From the NCBI GenBank assembly GCA_038215615.1, contig JBBQQR010000001.1, positions 155,501-219,500 on the forward strand: a stretch of DNA of 64,000 bases, given 5' to 3'. The notes beneath the pieces were generated by a model. The model saw only the letters and a list, made by a program, of their open reading frames with translations, made no database searches and was not told the DNA's origin. Every line of letters starts with the position of its first letter. Within the stretch, counting starts at the first letter, position 1. This DNA comes from Vulcanimicrobiales bacterium. Lineage in GTDB: Bacteria; Vulcanimicrobiota; Vulcanimicrobiia; Vulcanimicrobiales; Vulcanimicrobiaceae. The position numbers and the translations under genes were made by a program. Shown piece after piece: positions 31,067 to 41,100 of this stretch.

Positions 31067-32041
31067 TTGTTTACGTACGTCGTGCGGCGGACGTTCCAGG
31101 CCATACCGCTGCTTCTGCTGATTTCGCTGCTCCTGTTTCTGATCGTCCATAGTGCGCCGGGCGGCGGACTCGGGCCGTATCTGCAAAATCCGCACATTAC
31201 CCCCGCCGACATTGCGCGGCTCAAGCATAACCTGGGTCTAGACCAGCCCCTGTGGCTGCAATACGTCACCTGGCTGGGGCAGATTCTGCACGGAAATTTC
31301 GGGTACTCGACCAGCAACTCCGAGGAAGTTTTCACCGCGATCGTCGAGCGCTTGCCCTCGACGCTGCTGCTGATGGGCACCGCGGTCACGATCGCCTTCA
31401 TCATCGGCGTTTCGGCCGGGCTCTTCGCTGCGGTGCGGCCGTATTCGATTTGGGACTATCTGATCACCACATTTGCGTTCTTCGGTCAGTCGATGCCGGT
31501 GTTCTGGCTGGCGCTCATGCTGCAGCTGGCTTTTGCGGTGCACGGAATTCCGCTGCCGTTCGGTTACGTGCTGCAGCTGCCGTCGGCGGGTATCTCGAGT
31601 TCGGATACGTTCGATCTCGGCGATCGCATCTCGCACTTGATCTTGCCCGCAACCGCGCTTGCCTTTTTGAACATCGCGCTTTTCAGCCGCTTCATGCGCA
31701 GTTCCATGCTCGAGGTTATCCGCACCGATTACATGCGTACCGCTTCGGCCAAAGGCTTGGGCTTCCGCACCGTCCTTTTCAAGCACGGTTTGAAGAACGC
31801 GCTGATTCCGCTGGTCACGGTAACGGCGCTTACGCTGCCGGCGCTCTTCGGCGGCGCGATCGTTACCGAGACGATCTTCGCGTGGCCGGGCGAAGGGCGG
31901 CTGTTCATCACGGCTCTGGGACAAGAAGATATCGCCGTGCTGATGGGTTACCTGATCGTCAACGCGTTTTTGGTCGTGTTCTTCAACTTGTTCGCTGACG
32001 TTTTATACGCCTGGCTCGATCCGCGGGTGAAATACGACTAA
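31067..32041 (+). CDS. peptide/nickel ABC transporter permease (OppB/DppB-like)
   Basis: GLDQPLWLQY, DYMRTASAKG and ETIFAWPG. Confidence 0.92.
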   Translation: MFTYVVRRTFQAIPLLLLISLLLFLIVHSAPGGGLGPYLQNPHITPADIARLKHNLGLDQPLWLQYVTWLGQILHGNFGYSTSNSEEVFTAIVERLPSTLLLMGTAVTIAFIIGVSAGLFAAVRPYSIWDYLITTFAFFGQSMPVFWLALMLQLAFAVHGIPLPFGYVLQLPSAGISSSDTFDLGDRISHLILPATALAFLNIALFSRFMRSSMLEVIRTDYMRTASAKGLGFRTVLFKHGLKNALIPLVTVTALTLPALFGGAIVTETIFAWPGEGRLFITALGQEDIAVLMGYLIVNAFLVVFFNLFADVLYAWLDPRVKYD

Positions 32042-32982
32042 TGGCACTCTCCGCACCGATCAACCAGCCGGTGATCGCTGACGACACCGAGGTCTACAGT
32101 AAGGTAACGGTTTGGAGCCGATTCCGCCGCCACAAGCTCGCGATGGCGGGCGCGGTCATCTTGTTGATCATGGTTTTGGTGGCGATCTTCGCCTGGAAGA
32201 TCGCGCCGTTCGATCCGAACGCGATCGACGAAGTGCACTGGCAGGGCAATCCGGTCGCGCCATGCTTCCAAAATGCGGTGCAATGCGGCGGCCATATCCT
32301 CGGCCTGGATGAGAACGGGCGCGACGAACTCTCGCGGCTGATGTTCGGCGCGCAAATCTCGCTGACCGTCGCCGTCTGCGCGGTGCTGATGGAGCTGATC
32401 ATCGGAACGCTCCTGGGCGCGATCGCCGGTTACTACGGCGGCATAGTGGATTATCTGCTGATGCGCGTGACCGACGTTTTCTTATCTATTCCGCTTTTGC
32501 CGCTGCTCTTGGTCTTGACCGGGATCGTCGCGGCGAGCTCGACCAAAGCCGCCCTCAGCTTCCAGGTGATCGTGATCATCATCGGAGCGCTGTCGTGGCC
32601 CAGCGTCGCCCGCCTGGTTCGAGCGTCGTTTCTTTCGCTCCGGGAACGCGAGTACGCCGAGGCGGCCCGGGCTGTCGGCAACGGTGACCTGCGCATTATG
32701 CTGCGGCATTTGCTCCCCAACGCGATGGCGCCGATTATCGTCCAGGCGACCCTGGACATCGCCAACGTCATCATCGTGGAGTCGGTGCTCTCGTTCTTGG
32801 GCTTTGGCATCCAACCGCCGACCGCTTCCTGGGGAAACATGCTCAGCAACGCTGAGGCCAATCTCCAGGACATGTGGTGGGCGGCCGTCTTCCCCGGCCT
32901 TTGCATTCTCTTGACGGTTATGGCCATCAACTACATCGGCGACGGGCTGCGCGACGCCCTTGACCCCAACGCCATTAAGTAG
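32041..32982 (+). CDS. peptide/nickel ABC transporter permease (OppC/DppC-like)
   Basis: LGLDENGRD, EYAEAARAVG, HLLPN and SWGNML. Confidence 0.92.
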   Translation: MALSAPINQPVIADDTEVYSKVTVWSRFRRHKLAMAGAVILLIMVLVAIFAWKIAPFDPNAIDEVHWQGNPVAPCFQNAVQCGGHILGLDENGRDELSRLMFGAQISLTVAVCAVLMELIIGTLLGAIAGYYGGIVDYLLMRVTDVFLSIPLLPLLLVLTGIVAASSTKAALSFQVIVIIIGALSWPSVARLVRASFLSLREREYAEAARAVGNGDLRIMLRHLLPNAMAPIIVQATLDIANVIIVESVLSFLGFGIQPPTASWGNMLSNAEANLQDMWWAAVFPGLCILLTVMAINYIGDGLRDALDPNAIK

Positions 32983-33006
32983 ATAGACTGGCCGGGACCC
33001 CCCCGC

Positions 33007-33090
33007 GCGCGAGTGGCGAAACTGGTAAACGCACTAGCTTGAGGTGCTAGCGCCCGCAAGGGCCTGGAGGTTCGAGTCCTCTCTCGCGCA
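33007..33090 (+). tRNA. tRNA-Leu(GAG)
   Basis: Acceptor GCGCGAG/CTCGCGC plus A, anticodon arm CTAGC-TTGAGGT-GCTAG, long variable arm and GGTTCGAGTCC. No encoded CCA. Confidence 0.95.
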
Positions 33091-33163
33091 TGAAACCCTC
33101 AAGGGCCCGGCGCCGTACTTTAGGGGTAGTGCGGCTTAGAAGAGAGCGAAGGATCCATCTATT

Positions 33164-36100
33164 ATGTGGTTGACCCGGTTCGCGATTAATCGGCCCATAG
33201 TCACCGCGGTGGTCTTTGTAGCTCTTGCCCTCTTCGGATTTATCTCGTTCATGCAGCTCGGCCGCAGCTCGAATCCGCCGGGAACCGACTTTCCCGTGGT
33301 GGTCGTCGTGGCCTATTATCCCGGCGCGTCTCCCCAAGACATGGAGCGGATGGTCGTCAAGCCGCTCGAAGATCAAATGGCGGGCATCGACAACCTCGAC
33401 CACATCACCGCGACCGCGCAAGAGAGCACCGCAACGGTTGGCGTTGTCTTCAATCTCGGCACAAACATCGATCTGGCGGCCGTGGACGTGCAGCGCCGCA
33501 CGGATACCGCCCGCGTCTTCATGCCCAATGATTTAGATCCGCCCAACGTCATCAAAGCCGGCACCTCGGAGCCGCCGCTGCTCGACATCGCGGTCAGTTC
33601 TTCGAAGCTGACGCAAGCGCAGATCGCCGACCTCATCACCAGCCAAGTCAAACCGCAGATCGAACAGATTCCCAACGTGCAGTCCGTCGACGTGTATGGA
33701 TCTGCCAGCCGAGAGTTCCATGTCGAACCGTCGCCGGCGAAGTTGCTGGGGACGGGGGCGACCCTCAGCGACGTCCTGTCCGCCGTTGCAAGCGACAATC
33801 TCAACGTGCCGGGCGGAATGATGACGCAGCCGACTCAAGAGGCGACCGTCGCGGTTCACTCCTACATTAACAACGCAGCCGACATCTTGGCGGTCCCGCT
33901 CGCGGTGCCGGGTACCGGTGCGACGGGCATGCATATCTCTGACGTGGCCAGTGTCTCTGACAGCCACCAAGAGATGCGCACGATCTCGCACTTCAACGGC
34001 AAGCCGCGCGTGTACATCGGAATCAATCCAACCCTCAACGCCGATCAAATCAAGGCGACGCAAGTCGCGCGCGATCAGATGAAGATCATCGAATCGCGCT
34101 TCCCCCAGCTGCGCTTTACGGAAGAAGACGCTCAGGCGGATCTTACGGCCAAACAACTGTGGGGAGTTGGTCAGTCGCTCATCGAGGGCATTTTCCTGAC
34201 GGCGATCGTCATGATGCTCTTCCTGCACGCTTGGCGCAATGCAGTCGTCGTGCTCGTCGCGATTCCAAGCTCAATTCTCTCTACGTTCATCTTGATGAAG
34301 GTCTTCGGCTTCCATATCGACAGCCTGTCGATGATGGGACTCTCCCTGATTATCGGTATTTTGGTGGACGACTCGATTGTCGTATTGGAAAATATAGCTC
34401 GACATCGAGACCTGGGTCAGAAGCCGATTGACGCGGCCATCAACGGCCGCGCGGAGATCGGCAACGCCGCGGTCGCCATCACGATGGTAGACGTCGTGGT
34501 CTTTCTGCCAATCGCGTTCATGCCCGGATTGGTCGGAACGTATCTGAAAGAATACGGCGCGGTCGTGGTAACCGCGACGCTCTTCTCGCTCTTCGTTTCC
34601 TTCACGCTCACGCCGCTGCTGGCTGCGAAGTGGAGCATGCTCAAGCGCTCTGAAGGCGACCCGAAATGGGTGCGCGCGCTGGACAACCGGATAATGGATA
34701 TCATCCTGGTCGTGGCTTCGCTGGGCATGTTCGTGCTGGGCAACATGACCGGCTGGTTCCTTTTGAACGTCTTCGCCGTCTTCATCATCGCGCTGCTCGT
34801 TCTGAATTTCATCGTGCACAGGTACGAAGCGTTCACGGAACTCTACTTTAACAAACTGTTGCCGTTCGCGCTTTCTCACGGAAGTTTCGTGGTTTTCGTC
34901 TGCGTCGTTCTGCTGCTCAACGCGTTCACTCTGCTGGCGGGCGGCGGGAAGGCAACGGTCGTGATCGATATCGCGATCCTTGCCGTTACAGTTGCCGCTT
35001 ATGTCGTCGCACTTCTTTTCCGGGCCTTCGGCTGGAGCGCCGCGAGCAGCTCGAGCCGCTTCCTCGACATGGCATTCTTCATGCCCGTGCGCTGGATCGG
35101 CTCGCTCGGCACATATCGCCCGGTTACGCTGGCTACTTTCGCCTTTCCGATTGTTGCCGCCATGGTCGTCGGTCTGATGGGCGGCGTCAACTTCGACTTC
35201 TTCCCGGCGCAGCAGACGGGCGTGATCAGCATGACTGTCAGTTATGCGTCGGGGACGCCCATCGAGACGACGAATCGTTTCGTCGGCCGTTTGGAAAGCG
35301 CGATTCTAAAGCTTCCGGGTATAAAATCCGTAAGCTCGACCGTCGGCCGCAAGCCGGCGAGCTTCAGCGGAATGACCGGCGGCAACTTTGCGCAGTTGAC
35401 CGCGCAAATGGAAGATGGCCGCATCAAGGACACCAACAAGACCGTCGCCACCATCCGCAAACTGGGCTATCTCGTTCCCGGCGGCGAATTCGAAGTCGCG
35501 CAAGAAAGCGGTAATGGCGCAGCGGTGCAGTATGCAATCACCGGTCCCGAAGAAGAAATCGGTCCGGCGGCCGAAAAAGTCGCGCGATTCTTGCGGACGG
35601 TTCCGGGCGCCGTCAACGTCCAAACGTCGGCCGAGATCGCTGCGCCGCGCTTGAACGTCGACATCGATCAGGCGAAGGCATCGCTGGTCGGCATCGCTCC
35701 GTCGGCTGCGGCGAACGTCGCGCGCATCGCCGTGGGCGGCGCGGTTGCAACAAAGGTACGCACGCCCAACGGGCTGGTCGACGTGCGCGTGCAGTTCCCG
35801 CGCTCCGATCGCAACACGGTCTCCTCGCTCCAGAACGTGCGCGTGCGCGCGAACAACGGAATGCTCGTTCCGCTCGGAACGATCGCAACGTTCACCTGGA
35901 CGAAGGCGCCGACACGCGTCGAGCGCTACAATCGTCAGCGCGTGGTCAACGTTTTCAGCAACTTGCTTCCGGGATACTCGACCGGTCAGATCATCGGGCC
36001 GCTCACCAAAAAGATGCGCGAGCCCGGCTTCCTTCCGGCCGGCGTCACGCCGGCCGCCCAAGGCAACGCGCTGTGGGTAGGCCAAGCCATGCTCAACTTG

Positions 36101-36682
36101 GGCATTGCGGTCATTACCTCGGCCGTGCTCGTCTATGTGCTGATGGTGATTCTGTACGGTTCGTTCCTTGAACCGCTGATCGTCATGTTCTCGGTGCCGC
36201 TGGCGATTATCGGCGCTCTCATGTTCCTTGGAGTGATGGCGCGCATCCAGCCGGAGCAGGGACAGTCGTTGAATATCATCTCGCTGCTCGGCGTGATCAT
36301 GCTCTTCGGTTTGGTCGCCAAAAATGGAATATTACTCGTCGATTATTCGAACACGCTCATCAAGCGCGGCATGCGCGTTCGCGACGCGGTGCTCCGCGCG
36401 TCGGCGACGCGATTCCGCCCCATTCTGATGACGACGGCCGCAATGATCTTCGGCATGCTGCCGCTTTCGCTCGGATACGCCGAGGGCGGCGAATGGCGGC
36501 AAGCGATGGGTACGGTTATCATCGGCGGATTGCTCAGCTCGCTCATGCTGACGATCTTCATCGTGCCGATGATCTACAATACGTGGATGGGGTTCTTTGA
36601 ACGGCTTGCCGACGCGAAAGCGGTTCGCCAAGAGCTCGAACCCCAGGGCGGAACCGTCGCCGCGGGAGTTCCCGCCTCGTAA
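33164..36682 (+). CDS. RND efflux transporter permease (AcrB family) with a central membrane insertion
   Basis: FAINRP, GILVDDSIVVLEN, AKNGILLVD and RFRPILMT. 1172 aa. Confidence 0.93.
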   Translation: MWLTRFAINRPIVTAVVFVALALFGFISFMQLGRSSNPPGTDFPVVVVVAYYPGASPQDMERMVVKPLEDQMAGIDNLDHITATAQESTATVGVVFNLGTNIDLAAVDVQRRTDTARVFMPNDLDPPNVIKAGTSEPPLLDIAVSSSKLTQAQIADLITSQVKPQIEQIPNVQSVDVYGSASREFHVEPSPAKLLGTGATLSDVLSAVASDNLNVPGGMMTQPTQEATVAVHSYINNAADILAVPLAVPGTGATGMHISDVASVSDSHQEMRTISHFNGKPRVYIGINPTLNADQIKATQVARDQMKIIESRFPQLRFTEEDAQADLTAKQLWGVGQSLIEGIFLTAIVMMLFLHAWRNAVVVLVAIPSSILSTFILMKVFGFHIDSLSMMGLSLIIGILVDDSIVVLENIARHRDLGQKPIDAAINGRAEIGNAAVAITMVDVVVFLPIAFMPGLVGTYLKEYGAVVVTATLFSLFVSFTLTPLLAAKWSMLKRSEGDPKWVRALDNRIMDIILVVASLGMFVLGNMTGWFLLNVFAVFIIALLVLNFIVHRYEAFTELYFNKLLPFALSHGSFVVFVCVVLLLNAFTLLAGGGKATVVIDIAILAVTVAAYVVALLFRAFGWSAASSSSRFLDMAFFMPVRWIGSLGTYRPVTLATFAFPIVAAMVVGLMGGVNFDFFPAQQTGVISMTVSYASGTPIETTNRFVGRLESAILKLPGIKSVSSTVGRKPASFSGMTGGNFAQLTAQMEDGRIKDTNKTVATIRKLGYLVPGGEFEVAQESGNGAAVQYAITGPEEEIGPAAEKVARFLRTVPGAVNVQTSAEIAAPRLNVDIDQAKASLVGIAPSAAANVARIAVGGAVATKVRTPNGLVDVRVQFPRSDRNTVSSLQNVRVRANNGMLVPLGTIATFTWTKAPTRVERYNRQRVVNVFSNLLPGYSTGQIIGPLTKKMREPGFLPAGVTPAAQGNALWVGQAMLNLGIAVITSAVLVYVLMVILYGSFLEPLIVMFSVPLAIIGALMFLGVMARIQPEQGQSLNIISLLGVIMLFGLVAKNGILLVDYSNTLIKRGMRVRDAVLRASATRFRPILMTTAAMIFGMLPLSLGYAEGGEWRQAMGTVIIGGLLSSLMLTIFIVPMIYNTWMGFFERLADAKAVRQELEPQGGTVAAGVPAS

Positions 36683-36761
36683 CCTGCCGAGCGCTTGCCG
36701 CTATCGGCCTGCACTCTGGGTAAGCAACTCTCTGAAGATCTATGCTCGGAGGTTTCAAAAG

Positions 36762-37805
36762 ATGATCATCGTCAAACGGCTCGCGGTAGCAGCGCTGGCC
36801 GCATCGCTTCTGGTGGGTTTTTCCGCGGCGCCGATCGCGGCGGCGGGCGTCAACGTCGTCGTAAACGGCAATGCCATTACATTCGATCAGGCGCCGGTCG
36901 AGCGCGCAGGCCGCGTCTTTGTTCCTCTGCGCGGCGTCTTCGAACGTTTGGGTGCCTCTGTAGTCTATGCCAACGGCGACATCAACGCGCAAGGCAATGG
37001 ACGCGGCGTGCATCTGCACATCGGTTCAACCGCCGCGACCGTCAACGGCCAGACCGTCTATATGGACGTCGCGCCGTTTTTGGTAGGGGCGCGCACGCTC
37101 GTTCCGCTGCGCTTCGTGGCGCAGGCTCTGGGTGCAAACGTGAACTGGAACGCGTCGAATAATACCGTCTATATCCAAGGGAACGGGTCGGCTTCGACGT
37201 ACGTGCCGCCTTCGAATGGTTCGTTCACGTTGAAGAACAGGCGACCCGCGACTGGCACGAACACGACGGAACCAAACATTCGTGCGAATTTCAGCGAACC
37301 CATCGACCGCAACACGCTCAATGTGTCCGTCGATGGCCAGAACGTCAGCGCTTCGACCGAAGCGAGCACGACGAGCTTCAACGTAACGGCGCCCTTCCAG
37401 CTGAATCCGGGAACGCATACCGTGCGAACGACCGGAACGACCGCAGCGGGGGCATCGTTTGATACCGGGTGGTCCTTCACAACGGGCGCGGGGGCGACGA
37501 ACAACGTTCTCAATAACATCAGCCCTCCCAATGGAAGTACGGTCGGCAGTTCGTTCACGCTGAGCGGTCACACGCGGCCGGGAGCGACCGTGCACATCGC
37601 GGCAACGGCAAGCGCGACCGCATTCGGCATCATACCGATCGGAACAGGCGCGTTCGACACGAGCGTCACCGCCGATGGCAACGGTGACTTTAGCGTGACC
37701 GTTAACATCAACACGACCTCGGGCGGAAGAGTGGCCGTCATCATCACGGCCACAGAAAGCAACGGTTCGTCGGTTTCTCGAACGCTCAACTACAACGCAC
37801 AGTAG
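36762..37805 (+). CDS. secreted protein: copper amine oxidase N-terminal (stalk) domain plus Ig-like domains
   Basis: GGAGG SD, signal peptide, GRVFVPLRGVFERLGA and RTLVPLRFVAQALGA. Confidence 0.88.
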   Translation: MIIVKRLAVAALAASLLVGFSAAPIAAAGVNVVVNGNAITFDQAPVERAGRVFVPLRGVFERLGASVVYANGDINAQGNGRGVHLHIGSTAATVNGQTVYMDVAPFLVGARTLVPLRFVAQALGANVNWNASNNTVYIQGNGSASTYVPPSNGSFTLKNRRPATGTNTTEPNIRANFSEPIDRNTLNVSVDGQNVSASTEASTTSFNVTAPFQLNPGTHTVRTTGTTAAGASFDTGWSFTTGAGATNNVLNNISPPNGSTVGSSFTLSGHTRPGATVHIAATASATAFGIIPIGTGAFDTSVTADGNGDFSVTVNINTTSGGRVAVIITATESNGSSVSRTLNYNAQ

Positions 37806-37813
37806 TCCGCTTC

Positions 37814-37843
37814 ACGAGAGTGCCGGGAAACCGGCGCTCTCGT
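37814..37843 (+). terminator. stem-loop after stop codon (possible terminator)
   Basis: ACGAGAGTGCCGG-GAAA-CCGGCGCTCTCGT, a 13-bp stem with only a weak U-tract. Confidence 0.6.
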
Positions 37844-37858
37844 CGTTAAAGGGCGCGA

Positions 37859-38608
37859 ATGCGGATTTTGATCACGGGCGCGGCCGCCGGCCTGGCCCAG
37901 CGCGTCGCGCTGGCGTTGGCGCTAGACGGGCATGACGTCGCCTTCACGTTTCGTCCGGGGGGCACGACACCCGATGCGACGCTCAAACTCATCCGCAGTG
38001 CGGGACGCGATGGCGAAGCTTTTCCGGTAGAGTTTCTGGGAGATGAAGCCGGCGTGCGGGCGGCGTTGAGCGAAGCCTTGCGCGCGCCGGTCGACGCGCT
38101 GGTGCACGCCGTCGGACCGATGGTTGTGAAACGTTTCGAGGGTTCGTCGGCCGCGGATTACCGCGACATGATCGACGGCAATCTGCGCAGCGCGGTCATC
38201 GCGGCGCACGCGGTGCTGCCCGGAATGCGCGAGCGCCGTTTCGGGCGCCTGGTCTTTTTCGGCATGAACGGATCGAGCGTTACACGCCCGGCCCGCGGAC
38301 TCTCGCTGCATCTTGCGGCCAAGGCTGGCGTCGTCGCGTTCGCCCGCACGCTCTCGCTCGAAGAAGCTAAGCACGCGATTACCGTCAATGTGATCGAACC
38401 GGGCGATATCCGCCAGAAGTCCATCACGCGTGAAGAAGGGCTCGGGATGCAGGCGCAAAACCCGCGCGGCCGGCCCGGTACGGGCGACGACATCGCAGGC
38501 GCGGTGCGCTTTTTTCTGGACCCGGAGAACGATTTCATCAACGGCGCCGTGCTCGCGGTGAGCGGCGGGTTGATGGAACCGTACGAGCGAACCGCCTCCC
38601 CTTCATGA
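37859..38608 (+). CDS. SDR family oxidoreductase
   Basis: ITGAAAGL, HLAAK (H in place of the usual Y of YxxxK) and ITVNVIEPG. Confidence 0.88.
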   Translation: MRILITGAAAGLAQRVALALALDGHDVAFTFRPGGTTPDATLKLIRSAGRDGEAFPVEFLGDEAGVRAALSEALRAPVDALVHAVGPMVVKRFEGSSAADYRDMIDGNLRSAVIAAHAVLPGMRERRFGRLVFFGMNGSSVTRPARGLSLHLAAKAGVVAFARTLSLEEAKHAITVNVIEPGDIRQKSITREEGLGMQAQNPRGRPGTGDDIAGAVRFFLDPENDFINGAVLAVSGGLMEPYERTASPS

Positions 38609-41100
38609 GCTTCGACGATACCCACGAGCGACGCGCCTTTGCGCTGCCCGGCTCGACGCTGCACTACGGCCCCGACAAGACGGTCGACGTTTTACACGTC
38701 GACCTCAATCTCGTTCCCGATATGGAGCGGCGCCGGTTAGAAGGTGTCTGCACGACCACGGTGCGCGCGCTCGACGAACCCGTTGCGCTGCTGACGCTCG
38801 ACGCCGTGGACCTCAACGTCTCTTCGGTGGAGTCGAGCGGGCGCAAACTGAAGTTCACGTCGCGCGGTGATCGCCTTGACGTTCATTTCGATCCGCCGCT
38901 CGCGCCCGAGGAGAAGGCGACGTTCGCGATCGCCTATAGCGTCGAAAAACCCCGGCACGGGTTGTTTTTCGTCGAACCATCAACGGAGTATCCGAAAAAG
39001 ATCCGCCATGCTTGGACGCAATCTCAAGATGAAAACGCGCGTTATTGGTTTCCATGCTTGGACTATCCGCACGAGAAGCAGAGCACGTCAACGACGATCG
39101 CGGTTCCTAAAGGTCAGTTCGCCTTAGGAAACGGGGCGTTGGTCGAACGCCGCGACGAAGGCGGGAAGACGATCTTCCGTTACGACCAAGTGATCCCGCA
39201 CTCGACGTACCTGGTCACTTTTGTCGCGGGGCCATTCGTTGAGGTCGCACAAGGCGGCGCAACCGTTCCCGTTTACTATTACGTGCTTCCGGGCCGTGAA
39301 GCCGACGGCGAACGCGCCTTTGGAAAAACGCCGCAGATGATGGCCGTTTTCGAACAATGCCTCGACTACCCGTATCCGTACGCGCGTTACTCGCAGATCG
39401 CGGTCTCCGATTTTATCTTCGGAGGGATGGAAAACACCTCGGCGACGACGCAGACCGATCGCACACTGCACGACGAGCGTGCGCATTTGGATTTTTCAAG
39501 CGATCCGCTGGTCGCGCACGAACTGGCGCATCAGTGGTTCGGCGACCTGCTGACGTGCCGGGATTGGTCGCAAGCGTGGCTGAACGAAAGTTTCGCAACA
39601 TTCTTCGAGGGCGTTTTCCGCGAAGCCGATCTCGGTTACGACGAGTACATCTACGACGTGTACGAGTGGGTCAAGAGATATCTGGAGGAAGACCGCCAGC
39701 GTTACCGTCGCCCCATCGTCTGCAACGACTACCGCGATCCGATCGAGCTCTTCGACCGGCACCTCTACGAAAAGGGCGGGGCCGTTCTTCATATGCTGCG
39801 CGGCGAGCTCGGGGAGGCGCGTTTCTGGCGCGCGATCCGCCGGTACGTCAGGGATAACGCCCAGCGCTCGGTTGAGACCATCGATCTCATCCGGGCAATC
39901 GAGGAGGCCACCGGACGGAACATGCGCGGTTTCTTCGACCGCTGGGTTTTTGGCGGCGGACATCCGCAGCTTTGCGTCGGCGCGGCTTACGACGAGCAGC
40001 GGCGCGCGCTGACGGTGACGATCGATCAAACGCAGCCGGTCGATGCGCAGAATCCGGCATTCGCATTCGGCGTAGACCTTGAGGTAGACGGGCGATCCGT
40101 ACGCGTGCGGGTCGAACGCGAACACGAGACCGTAACGATTCCACTGGACGGCGAACCAAAACTCGTGCGGTTCGATCCGGGCGCTTTTACTTTGGCTGAC
40201 GTGAAGTACGCGCTCGGCGTGAGATTTGCGTCCGCAGCCCTGGCCGGCGATCCGTCCGTCGTTGCGCGCATCCGCGCCGGGCGCGAGCTCGTCAAAGATG
40301 GGAGCGCGCAGGCGCGATCGGCTGTGGAAGCGGCGCTTATGGGCGATGCATTTTGGGGCGTCGCGGCCGAGCTCGCTGCGGCGCTGGGGGAAACGCAAGC
40401 CGCCTGGGCGCGCGATCTGCTGCTCGCGGCGCTCGCGCATCCGCATCCCAAAGTGCGCCGCGCAGTCGCGGAGGCGCTTGGCGGGTTCAGAGAGCCGGCG
40501 GTCGCGGAGGCCTTGATCGCTCCAGCTACCGGGGACGCGTCGTATTTCGTGCAGCGCGCCGCGCTGCAGGCACTTGGAAAAACGCGTGGTGAGAAGGCTT
40601 TCAAGATCTTGCGCGACGCGGCGCGCACCACTTCGTGGACCGGCGTAATCGAATCCGGCGCCGCGCTCGGTCTCGGAGAACTCGGCGATCCGCGCGCGAC
40701 GCCACTGCTCTTGGACCTGACGAAACCGGGCGGGGACGCTGCGGCGCGCGGGGCGGCGCTGCTCGCGCTGGCCCGGCAAGCCGAACTATTGGAATCCGAA
40801 CGTGCGGCCGCCGTCGAAGCGATCGCCGCTGCGATTGGGGACGAAAGTTTCTTCATCGCTCGAAGCGGCGTGCTCGCGGCCGAGCATTTAGCTGACAAGC
40901 ATTTTCTCGAACCGCTGGATCGTCTGGCGCAAATGGGTTTCGACGGACGGCTCCGGCGCGATGCAATGGAGGCGGCCGTGCGCATTCGAGAAGCGCAAAA
41001 AACGCCGGCCGCCGTTACCGGGCTGCGCACCGACCTCGATGCATTGCGTGAAGAACACCGTAAAATCCAAGCAAAGCTCGACGCGATTTCTCGCGCTTAA
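38605..41100 (+). CDS. cytoplasmic M1 aminopeptidase with HEAT repeats and coiled-coil tail
   Basis: GGMEN, HELAHQWFG...NES and YEKG. No signal peptide. Confidence 0.92.
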   Translation: MSFDDTHERRAFALPGSTLHYGPDKTVDVLHVDLNLVPDMERRRLEGVCTTTVRALDEPVALLTLDAVDLNVSSVESSGRKLKFTSRGDRLDVHFDPPLAPEEKATFAIAYSVEKPRHGLFFVEPSTEYPKKIRHAWTQSQDENARYWFPCLDYPHEKQSTSTTIAVPKGQFALGNGALVERRDEGGKTIFRYDQVIPHSTYLVTFVAGPFVEVAQGGATVPVYYYVLPGREADGERAFGKTPQMMAVFEQCLDYPYPYARYSQIAVSDFIFGGMENTSATTQTDRTLHDERAHLDFSSDPLVAHELAHQWFGDLLTCRDWSQAWLNESFATFFEGVFREADLGYDEYIYDVYEWVKRYLEEDRQRYRRPIVCNDYRDPIELFDRHLYEKGGAVLHMLRGELGEARFWRAIRRYVRDNAQRSVETIDLIRAIEEATGRNMRGFFDRWVFGGGHPQLCVGAAYDEQRRALTVTIDQTQPVDAQNPAFAFGVDLEVDGRSVRVRVEREHETVTIPLDGEPKLVRFDPGAFTLADVKYALGVRFASAALAGDPSVVARIRAGRELVKDGSAQARSAVEAALMGDAFWGVAAELAAALGETQAAWARDLLLAALAHPHPKVRRAVAEALGGFREPAVAEALIAPATGDASYFVQRAALQALGKTRGEKAFKILRDAARTTSWTGVIESGAALGLGELGDPRATPLLLDLTKPGGDAAARGAALLALARQAELLESERAAAVEAIAAAIGDESFFIARSGVLAAEHLADKHFLEPLDRLAQMGFDGRLRRDAMEAAVRIREAQKTPAAVTGLRTDLDALREEHRKIQAKLDAISRA

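Noticed and set aside
33007..37805. Integrative element at tRNA-Leu
   Set aside because: No integrase, no duplicated tRNA 3' end found, and composition resembles the core genes.
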